A stretch of 64,000 nt of DNA from contig JBHGNT010000020.1 of NCBI GenBank assembly GCA_043228905.1, forward strand, positions 2,976,001 through 3,040,000, written 5' to 3'. The stretch is from Azolla caroliniana. Taxonomy: Eukaryota > Plantae > Polypodiophyta. The translations under genes and the position numbers were made by a program. How positions within the stretch are numbered: the first letter of the stretch is position 1; the number at the start of each line of letters is the position of its first letter. Below, one piece after another: positions 12,891-23,993 of this stretch. The notes under the pieces are model-generated. The model made no database searches. It was not told the origin of the DNA and saw only the letters and a program-made list of their open reading frames with translations.

Positions 12891-14600
12891 GTCCGCCAAA
12901 ATAGGAGCCATTTGGTTGGACAACCCTAGATATGTACAACCTAGTGTGGGTTCCATTTCTTCCAAGCATTTTAGTAGAGTCTTCTCAGCCCAAATACAAG
13001 TTAGGACACCGAGTTGTCAAGTCCAAGCCCTCTTCGACATTGGAGCCAATTCTTGTTTCATGGATAAAGATTTTGCCCAAAAACACCAAATATCCTTGCA
13101 TACACTTCCTTGTCCAGTTTCCGTAGTAGCGATTCATGGACATCCCATAGCTTTCGGGAAGATATTTGAAGAGTCTTAGCCAACACACATACTCTTAGGT
13201 GATTTAGGATGTGTAGTTTCCTTTAACATAAACCGCAGTCCTGAGTATCCAATTGTCCTCGGTTTGCCATGGTTCGAGCTACATAACCCTAGAATCGATT
13301 GATGGACGCGAGAAATTTGGTGCCCTTCAGCAGAAAATATCATTGCCAAGGATCGAACTCAAGATTATTCTCTTGAAGAATATAGTTCTACCAATGCACC
13401 AACTCCTTTTCATTAGATTTTAGCCATCACATTGCAACAATTGTGCCAACTAGGAGGCAAGGAGGACCTTTTCCTATTTGCAGTATCAATGACACCTTCT
13501 AGTGCCACTCAAGGGAATTGAGACATCCAAATTCCCAAAAAATATCAAGACTATGCTGATGTTTTCGACAAAGTCAAAGCTAGTGTTCTTCCAAAGCCTC
13601 GGCCGTACGACTGTCCTATTGAGATTTCGGGAAGATATTTGAAGAGTCTTAGCCAACACACATACTCTTAGGTAATTTAGGATGTGTAGTTTCCTTTTGT
13701 TAAGAATTAGGTAGGTAATTAAGAGTTAATTAGTACCTAATTATGTGAGAAAGTTAAGTGGAGAAGATTAAGTGATATGTGTGTATGTGTGTGAGAGGAA
13801 AAGAGAGAGAGAGAGAGAGATACACTTATGAATAACACAAGATGGGGGATGAGTAAGTATATTAACTTAGCATTATCATCATCTATCATCAAATACAAAA
13901 ATACCTTCAATGAGGTATATATAGGTTTCATGTGCAAGGGTGTGCACATGTGCTAGGAGAATATAGGTACAACGTGTAAGTCCTATATTAAATGAGCATG
14001 GAGTGGTGGATCTACAATGTATCCCACTCGAGTACAAAATCCTATTTAAGGCTTTATGGTCAACACACTAACTAGATTCTATCTAGGTAACTACTAAGTT
14101 ACATTTGTTGACTAACTAACTAAACTAAGTTGAGCTTGATCTCTCAACACGCCCCTTGAAGCTCAAGTGTGAGGCGGCCGACATGCGGCGTTATTTTCGG
14201 CATTGTCCGACTTTCGATGTCGGCTTCTGTGCGGCTTACGTCCGGCCTTCGGCTTTGTTCACCATGGCAATCTCGAGTCCTCCCCCTCAAGTCGGTGACA
14301 AAGGCTTGTAGCGTGTGGGTAATGGTCAACTACTTCCACCCATCGTGGGTTATGAGCCGCTTCGGTGGAGCTCTTGGGCTCTTGTTCGGCCGCTACCTTC
14401 ATCGCGAAGGCGTAATGATGGGCCATATACTCGTTGTTGTCGAGCCGCGTGACGGGGTTCTTAGCTCTAGATGAGCGTCGAAGTTTTTCGCTCGCCAATG
14501 TGAGCGCCTTCTTTACTCCGGGTGTCCGCATGATGGGTACACCGAACTCACTATCTAGTGAGGGAGCCGATCCATCCGAATCATTGTCGTCGGGGTGATC

Positions 14601-17600
14601 TGTTAGGAAACAGGTCCCTCCGGATGGGAAGTGAGAAGAACAGTACTGATGAGTAAACCCGGCCTAGGCCGATAGGCCCTCGGCTGAAACCGAATGTGGA
14701 CTACCTGGCTACGGAAGACCCGGTGAGAACCGGATGACAAGTACCCGGCTACGGAAGATCCGGTGAGAACCGGATGAGGAGTACCCGACTATGGAGGACC
14801 CGGTGAGAACTGGATGAGGAGTACCCGGCAAGAGCCGGATGGTGAAGGGCCGGTGAGAAGTGCTCACCGGATGAAGGGACATATTTGTAAATATGTTTTT
14901 GAGAGTCCATCGGGGCTATATTTGTAAATATGACTTAGGGAAAACCCTGTTTTGAGTTGTTGTTGTCATTCTTGTTGGCGCAAGATTAGAGCGCAACAGT
15001 GTATAGAGAGTGTGAGAGAGAGGAAGAGGTCGTTGCCTCTGTTGTAACCGCCGCCTGTGGCGAAGATAGCAAGCTCGAGGTCGTTGCCTCGGTGCTTTAC
15101 TATTGTACATTATGATATAGTGATAGTTTGCAGTCTGTGGGCTGCCGTGGTTTTTTCCCTAGTTTGGGTTTTCCACGATAACATCTTGTGCTCTCTTCTC
15201 TTCACTGTGTCGTGCATTCATTACCCGTTTTCTGAGTTTGATTCTAAGCTTGGTTGTGGCCGAGCGTTGCACATAAGGAGCGTGTAGTTCCTGTCAAAGT
15301 GGTATCAGAGCGAAACGACACAGAAAATGGACGAATCGTTGGGAGGCATGTTCAAGCTCACCGGCTCCAACTATTCCGTGTGGAAGTCGAAGATGAGGGA
15401 CATGCTCGTGGTTAAGGATCTTTGGTTGCCGGTTCAGTTCGGGGACAAGAAACCAGATAAAATCGACACCATGATATGGGAGGTGATGCACATGAAGACA
15501 ATGGCGTACATACGGTGCTTCATCGACATGAGCCTATACAACAACTTCAATGAAGAGAGCAAGGCTCATGAGCTCTGGGAGAAGATCGACATTATGTTTC
15601 AAAACAGAAATGCTGTTAATCAGGTTTCGGTATTCCGGAAGCTAGTAAGACTTCGGTACCAAGATGGCTCCAGCATGGCGGAGCACATGAATGCCTTCCA
15701 GGGGCTGATCCACCAGGCAACATCATTGGAAGTACCTCTCGCTGACAAGGTACTAGCACTACTCCTACTCGGTTCCCTCCCAGATAGCTGGGAGACGTTG
15801 GTTGTCACCTTGGGTAACGCCGGGCCGGAAGGGAAACGATTATCCCTAGCAAGAGTGAAGTCGAGCTTGCTAGATGAGGAGGCGCGTCGGAAAGATAAGG
15901 ATACGAGCTCCGACTCCAAAGCGCTCCTTACCGAATCGGAATGCGGAAGACAAAGAAACCATAGTCCCCAGAACCGGGAAAAGTCGGGGACACGGTCAAA
16001 ATCAAGGGGGAGGCCTACTTGCTTCTATTGCGGCAAGCCGGGACACTTCCAGAAAAACTGTCGGCACTTCCGAAAGGACAAGGAAACCGACGGCACCGAT
16101 TCGAAGCGGACACCGGACCGAAACGGTAAAGACCAGAGGGGGCCGGACTGGAAGGGAACGACGGGAATCGCGGCAAGTGAAGAAGAGTTGATGCTCATCA
16201 CAGAGGAGAGTGAGATAAACCTTGCCGGTGACGAGATGACCTGGGTGGTCGACTCCGGAGCGTCGTTCCACCTTACCCCGGACCGGAAATACTTCTCATC
16301 CTACTCAGCCGGTGATCACGACTGTGTCCGGATGGGGAATGAAGGTACATGCCGAATTGTCGGCATAGGAGATGTGTGGTTGACAACGCCAACCGGATGC
16401 AAGCTGCTGTTGAAGGATGTCCGACACGTTCTGGAGGTTCGTCTGAACCTGATATCAGCCGGTCGACTAGATGATGAAGACTACACGGGTAACATCCGGA
16501 ACGGTGTTATGAAGTTCAGCAAAGGGAGCCTGATTGTGGCTCGGGCCCGGAAAGTCAACACGTTGTACCTGATGAATGCCCGGTTATGCCCGGAAGAAGT
16601 GAACGTGACATCCGACACTGCCGGTGAGTTGTGGCACAAGAGACTGTGTCACATGAACGAGAAGGGGATGAAGAGGCTTGCAGAAGACAACCTCATTCCA
16701 GTGAAGAACGTGCACTTGGAGAAGTGCACTGATTGTCTGGCCGGTAAGCAAAACCGGACCTCCTTCCGACCAAGGCCACCGATGAGACGTAATGCACCAT
16801 TGGAGTTGGTGCATACTAATGTGTGTCAAGTGGACACGAAGTCACATGCAGGATCACAGTACTTCGTGACGTTCATAGATGACCATAGCCGGAAGCTGTG
16901 GGCCACATCGTTGAAGACGAAGGATCAAGTGTTATCCGTCTTCATAGAGCTCCACACGAGAGTGGAAAGAGAAACCGGCCGGAAGCTGAAGGCGGTTTGA
17001 GCAGATAATGGAGGTGAATACCGGGGGCAGTTCGAGGAGTACTGTCACTCGAAGGGAATCTGGCTCGAATTTACCGTGCCGAAGACGCCGGAACTGAACG
17101 GACTAGCTGAGAGGATGAACCGGACTATAATGGACCGGGTCCGGAGTATGTTGGCGCATGCAAAACTACCCAAGAAGTTTTGGGCTGAGGCACTGTCGAC
17201 GGCGACATATGTGATAAACAGATCACCCTCAGTACCCTTGGACGAAGACATGCGACAGAGAGTCTGGACCGGTAATGAAGTGTCCTACCAGCATCTGAAA
17301 GTATTCGGTGTCTTGCATACGTGCATGTTGTTCTGGACCGGAGAGGAAAGTTGGATCCAAAGACCCGGCCATGCATATTCCTCGGTTACGGTGACGATGA
17401 GTTCGGCTAACGAGTGTGAGACCTGGCAGACAAGAAGGTATTCCGGAGTCGAGATATTATCTTCCGGTTGAAGAAGAGCTTGTACGGACTGAAGCAGGCT
17501 CCCCGACAATGGTACCGGAAGTTGGACTCCTTCATGACCGATCAAGGGTACCACAAGACGCAGGTCGATGACTGCGTGTTTGTGAAGAAGTTTGAAGGAG

Positions 17601-19285
17601 GCGACTTCCTGATACTCCTTCTGTACGTGGACGACATGTTGATCGTCGGACGGGACCAAGCCAAAATACGGATGCTGAAGAAGGCTCTCAACCGGACCTT
17701 CTTAATGAAAGACTTGGGTCCGGCAAGACAAATGCTGGGGATGCATATCATCCGGAACCGGCCAACGAAGCAACTGTGGCTGTCACAGGAGAAATACGTG
17801 ACAAAGGTGCTTCAGTGGTTCAACATGTTAGAAGCAAAACCAGTCGGATCGACACTCCCGACAAACTGCAGATTATCCGGTAAGCAAAGCCCGAAGACGA
17901 AAGCAGAGAAGGCTGATATGATGAAGGTTCCATATGCCTCTGCCGTCAGGAGCTTGATGTACGCAATGGTGTGTACCCGACCGGATATAGGTTACGCAAT
18001 CGGAGTGGTGAGCCGGTTTATAAGCAATCCCGGCAAGGAGCACTGGAACGCGGTCAAATGGATACTCTGGTACTTGAAGGGCACTTCGGATATGTGTCTC
18101 TGATTCGGTTCCGGCAAACCTCAACTTGACGGTTTTACCAATTCGGACATGTCAGTTGATGTGGATACCAGCCGGTCTACATCTAGGTATGTAATGACAT
18201 ATGCGGGGGGAGCTGTTTCGTGGCAGTCGAGGCTGTAGAAGACAGTTGCGTTGTCAACCACGGAAGTGGAGGACATGGCAGCTGTAGAAGCCGGCAAGGA
18301 AATATTATGGATGAAGGACTTCATCGGAGAGCTCGGTATCCGGCAAGATGAATACCGGCTCTATTGCGACAGTCAAAGTGCCATCCACCTTGCTAAGAAT
18401 GTGGCCTACCATTCCCGGATGAAGCATATCCAGCGAAGGTATCATTGGATCCGGGAAAGAGTAGATGACTAGGAGTTCGCGCTGACAAAGATCTACATGG
18501 CCGAGAACGGATCAGATATGCTGACTAAAGTACTGATACCCGACAAGCTGGATGCATGCCGGAAGCGGATCGGACTAGTAAGACATCCCATGCCGGAGTG
18601 AAGGGGGAGTTTGTTAGGAAACAGGTTCCTCCGGATGGGAAGTGAGAAGAACAGTACTGTGGACTACCCGGCTACGGAAGACCCGGTGAGAACCAGATGA
18701 GGAGTACCCGGCTACGGAAGATCCGGTGAGAACCGGATGAGGAGTACCCGGCTACGGAGGACCCGTTGAGAACCGGATGAGGACTACCCGGCAAGAGCCG
18801 GATGGTGAAGGGTCAGTGAGAAGTGCTCACTGGATGAAGGGACATATTTGTAAATATGTTTTTGAGAGTCCATCGGGGCTATATTTGTAAATACCCGAAA
18901 AGTCATATTAGTATAAATATGACTTAGGGCAAACCCTTTTTTGAGTTGTTGTTGTCATTCTTGTTGGCACAAGATTAGAGCGCAACAGTGTATAGAGAGT
19001 GTGAGAGAGAGGAAGAGGTCGTTGCCTCTGTTGTAACCGCCGCATGTGGCGAAGATAGCAAGCTCGAGGTCGTTGCCTCGGTGCTTTACTATTGTACATT
19101 ATGATATAGTGATAGTTTGCAGTCTGTGGGCTGCCGTGGTTTTTTCCCTAGTTTGGGTTTTCCACGATAACATCTTGTGCTCTCTTCTCTTCACTGTGTC
19201 GTGCATTCATTACCCGTTTTCTGAGTTTGATTCTAAGCTTGGTTGTGGCCGAGTGTTGCGCATAAGGAGCGTGTAGTTCCTGACA
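14601..19285 (+). mobile_element. Copia with two LTRs and an internal deletion, nested in the previous element
   Basis: TSD TGATC (14596..14600 / 19286..19290); LTRs 14601..15296 and 18612..19285; PBS TGGTATCAGAGC 15300..15311; PPT 18596..18609; ~39-bp CCGG-rich repeats in U3. Confidence 0.96.
15327..18600 (+). pseudogene. pol: Copia gag-pol; first half of RT deleted at ~17465
   Basis: CFYCGKPGHFQKNC, WVVDSGAS, LWHKRLCH, NGLAERMNRT, then SRDIIF joined directly to LKKSLYGLKQAPRQW, YVDD, RNase H. Confidence 0.92.
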
Positions 19286-19290
19286 TGATC

Positions 19291-21745
19291 GACTTCGTAT
19301 TCGGGCATCTTACCTTTGCTTTTGTCCAAGTTCGTACTTGGCTGTGACGTGCTTGGGTCGCGTGCGGGCTCTTGTGGCCCATTAAGCTCGGTCGTAATCG
19401 GACTTTCTTTGAACATGTGTTCGAAGCGATCTCCATCTTCTACCTCTTGTTTGGTGGAATACGGGTCAACCGAAGTCGGAGTTGAAGTTGCCTCTGGTGC
19501 ATACCACGATGCGGACTCGTGGAAGACTATGTCTCGATTTACCCGAGCCGCTCGGGTAGAAGGGTTGTAACACTTGTACGCCTTCTTCTCGGAAAAGTAT
19601 CCTATGAGGATACATTCCTTTGACTTCGCGTCGGGCTTTTGTCGTTGCTCATTCGGGATGCGTACATTCGCAATGCTTCCAAACACCTTGAGGTGCGATA
19701 GGATCAGCTTCCTTCCGACAAGGAGCTCGTATGGAGTTAGCTCATGGACTCCATTGGTGGTGCACAGGTTCATGAGATAGACAGCCGTGGATGCCGCTTC
19801 GGCCCAATAGAAATTCGGCATGTGCTTCTCATGCATCATGGCGCGTGCTACCTCGAGTATTTGCCGATTTTTCCTTTCGGCGACACCATTTTGTTGGGGT
19901 GTGTGTTGGCATGAGAATTCTCTAGGAATGCCTTCACTTTGGAGGTAGGAGGTGAATTCATCGGAGAAGTACTCCTTTCCTCCATCCGATCGTAGGCATC
20001 GAATGTGCCGACCGGTTTCTTTTTCGACTTGCCCCTTGAGCTTTTGGAAGTGGGAGAACACTTCACTCTTCTTCTTCATCCGGTAGATCCATGCGTAGCA
20101 CGAGTAGTCGTCGATGAAGGTTACGTAGTATCGGCATCCGCCGATTGTCGACGTTTGAGCCGGTCCCCATACATCCGAGTGTATGACGTCGAGGAGGCCT
20201 TTGCTTGCGGAGCTCTCCTTCGGGAATGGGAGTCGATGTTGTTTGCCGAGTTGACACGCTTCGCATACTCGATCGACTCGTTTCGACTCGAATGTCGGAA
20301 GTCCGATGACGACTCCCTTTGTTTGCATAGATCGGAGCCGTTGGAGGTTGATGTGGCCGATTCTTTTGTGCCACAAGTCGATGTTCGTCTCATTTTTGAG
20401 ACCTTTAGTGTACATTGCCAATTTCACCTCATTCGAATCGAGGATGAACATTCGGTCTTCTCTCCTCCCCTTAGCTACGACTTGACCATGTTTCTCAATG
20501 AAGCATCCTTCTTTGGTGAAGCAGACTTGCATGCCTTGCTCCACGATTTGGCCGATCGAGACCAAATTCTTTGTTATTCTGGGCACGTGCAAGACATTCT
20601 TGATGCAAGTTTGCTCGCTTTCTTTCCCGAATGGGACATTGCCGATGTGCCGAATGGGATGCATGGTGTCGTCTCCTGTCTCTATAAAGCCGGGTCAATC
20701 CGGCGTTCATAAATCGCTAAACCACTCTTTGTGGGATGTCATGTGATGTGAGGCGCCGTAATCTACGAACTACACATCTTCCGGATTGGAGATGCTTGCG
20801 GAGTCGGAGGCTGTCATAGAGTTCACTCTATGCCGCATTACGAATAGTCCGCCGTAATCATCGTATTCGGAGTTGACGGCGTAATTCGTGTGTTGTCGAC
20901 TTGTGGAAGCCGACTCACTTATTCTTTTTCGGCATTGCTCCTCACGGTGGCCGATTTTGCCGCAATAGTTGCAATTTGCAGGCCTCATTTGCCGGCCATG
21001 GTCGGCATGGAAGCTCCCCTTTCTTCCGAAGGTTCCTTGATGGCTTCCGTGAAGGTTTGAGTTCCTTTCATGTGATGGGTCGAATTGACCTCTTCTACCA
21101 TCGTGACCTCCTCCTCGGCCACCGTCCAAATTCAAGAAGAACATTTGTTCTTCCGACATCTTGCTTTTGGTTTGGACGTGGTTCTCTTCGACCAATAGCA
21201 TTGATTGGAGGTCAAAGAATGAAGGAGGGTTTTCTCTCGCCAAGATTTCCGTCCTTAATGGATTGAATCATTGTGCGAGGCCGCCCAAGCATACTTGAAC
21301 CATCTCGTCTTCGTCGACGTTTATTTTGATGGAGCCAAGCAAGTCGCAAATGCTCTTGATCTTTGCAGTGCAGTCCGACACACTCATGTCTTTTTGCCGA
21401 ATGTTGTTCAACTCTTGTCGGAGTTGAAGCTTTCGGGCGGTTGTGTTGGCGGCGAACATTTTCTTTAAGTTCGCCCATGCCTCTTTGGGCGTCTTGGCAT
21501 CTCGAATGTGGCTAAGCATATGGTCGTGGACACATGTTGCAAGGCAATACACGCCTCGACTAGTCGCTTGTTCCCATGTTGCATAGTCGGCGTTTTGTGA
21601 GTCAGGTCAATTTTCTTGAGCGCCATTGATGTAGCTCCAATACCCTTGTCCGACGAGGTATTGGGTCATCTTGTACTCCCAAGATGAATAATTGCTCCGG
21701 TCTAGCTTTTCACTAGGGAGCGAGCTACCCATTTGTGTGTTCATG
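19291..21745 (-). pseudogene. pol: Copia gag-protease-integrase
   Basis: ARKLQLRQELN, CNYCGKIGH, LWHKRIGH, HSDVWGP, LRSDGGKEY, NGVAERKNR; frameshifts and stops in gag/PR. Confidence 0.92.
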
Positions 21746-23957
21746 TTGTTTTGTGTCTTCCTTTTTGGCTCTTCTTTCTTCGATCACGTACTTGTGCTAC
21801 GTAGCGGCACTACGGTAGCAGATGACCAAAATTTGTTGTTGGCGTTTTGAGCACACAATCACGGAGTGTTGGGTGGGCTTAGTGGATATACAAAACCACA
21901 CGCTCTGATACCATGTTAAGAATTAGGTAGGTAATTAAGAGTTAATTAGTACCTAATTATGTGAGAAAGTTAAGTGCGGAAGATTAAGTGATATGTGTGT
22001 ATGTGTGTGAGAGGAAGAGAGAGAGAGAGAGAGAGATACACTTATGAATAACACATGATGGGGGATGAGTAAGTATATTAACTTAGCATTATCATCATAT
22101 ATCATCAAATACAAAAATACCTTCAATGAGGTATATATAGGTTTCATGTGCAAGGGTGCACATGTGCTAGGAGAATATATGTACAACTTGTAAGTCCTAT
22201 ATTAAATGAGCATGGAGTGGTGGATCTACAATGTATCCCACTCAAGTACAAAATCCTATTTAAGGCTTTATGGTCAACACACTAACTAGATTCTATCTAG
22301 GAAACTACTAAGTTACATGTGTTGACTAACTAACTAAACTAAGTTGAGCTTGATCTCTCAACACCTTTAACATAATCTGTAGTCCTGAGCATCCAATTGT
22401 CCTCGGTTTGCCATGGTTCGAGCTACATAATCCTAGAATTGATTGAAGGAAGCGAGAAATTTGGTGCCCTTCAGCAGAAAATATCATTGCCAAGGATCGA
22501 ACTCAGGATAATTCTCTTGAAGAATATAGTTCTAGCAATGCACCATCTCCTTTTCATCAGATGTTAGCCATCACATTACAACAATTGCACCAACTAGGAG
22601 GCAAGGAGGACCTTTTCCTATTTGCAGTATCAATGACACCTTCTAGTGCCACTCATGGGAATTCAGACAATCAAATTCCCAAAAAATATCAAGACTATGC
22701 TGATGTTTTCGACAAAGTCAAAGCTAGTGTTCTTCCAAAGCATCGGCCGTACGACTGTCCTATTGATCTCCGGCCAAAATAGGAGCCATTTGGTTGGACA
22801 ACCCTAGATATGTACAACCTAGTGTGTGTTCCATTTCTTCCAAGCATTTTAGTAGAGTCTTGTCAGCCCAAGTACAAGATAGGACACCGAGTTGTCAAGT
22901 CCAAGCCCTCTTTGACATTGGAGCCAATTCTTGTTTCATGGATAGAGATTTTGCCCAAAAACACAAAATATCCTTGCATCCACTTCCTTGTCCAGTTTTC
23001 GTAGTAGCGATTGATGGACGTCCCATAGCTTTCGGGAAGATATTTGAAGAGTCTTAGCCAACACACATACTCTTAGGTGATTTAGGATGTGTAGTTTCCT
23101 TTAACATAATCTGTAGTCCTGAGCATCCAATTGTCCTCGGTTTGCCATGGTTCGAGCTACATAACCCTAGAATCGATTGAAGGAAGCGAGAAATTTTGTG
23201 CCCTTCAGCAGAAAATATCATTGCCAAGGATCGAACTCAAGATTATTCTCTTGAAGAATATAGTTCTACCAATGCACCATCTCCTTTTCATCAGATTTTA
23301 GCCATCACATTGCAACAATTTCACCAACTAGGAGGCAAGGAGGACCTTTTCCTATTTGCAGTATCAGTGACACCTTCTAGTGCCACTCAAGGGAATTGAG
23401 ACATCCAAATTCCCAAAAAATATCAAGACTATGCTGATGTTTTCGACAAAGTCAAAGCTAGTGTTCTTCCAAAGCATTAGCCATACAACTGTCCTATTGA
23501 TCTCCAACTAGGAAAAGAGCCATCGTGGGATCCGATCTACAATTCATTACCCACTAAGCTTGAGGTTCTTCGAGAATACATCGAGGAAAATCTTGCACAT
23601 GGGTTTATTCGACATTCAAAGTCTCCAGTTGGTGCTCCTACCTTTTTTGTGAAGAAAAAGGACAACTCCCTTCGTTTGGTCGTGGACTATCGAGGCTTAA
23701 ATAAAGTCATTGTCATGATATGGCTAGACTCGAACCTATGAGCTTATGAATATTATTTTCATTTATGTTTTACTATAGAAAATTGATGTATATTCCAGAT
23801 TTCTCTAGAACATTCTAGAAGCTTCAGGAGTACTCCTGATAATATTATAAAAGGAGGCACAATGCATTATTTCGAACCAAATCGGTTCAACGCCAGTCTT
23901 AAGCCTCCTAGCCACTATTGTATATTCTCTTAACATAATATATATCTTTTGTTATCA

Positions 23958-23993
<36 letters not shown>

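Larger units (their letters stand above)
13698..22363 (-). mobile_element. Copia with two LTRs, gag-PR-IN but no RT/RNase H
   Basis: TSD CCTTT (13693..13697 / 22364..22368); LTRs 21914..22363 and 13698..14149; iMet PBS TGGTATCAGAGC (-) 21902..21913; PPT next to 14150; integrase ORF to 20664. Confidence 0.95.

Noticed and set aside
20005-20712. 235-aa plus-strand ORF
   Set aside because: Antisense shadow of the Copia integrase.
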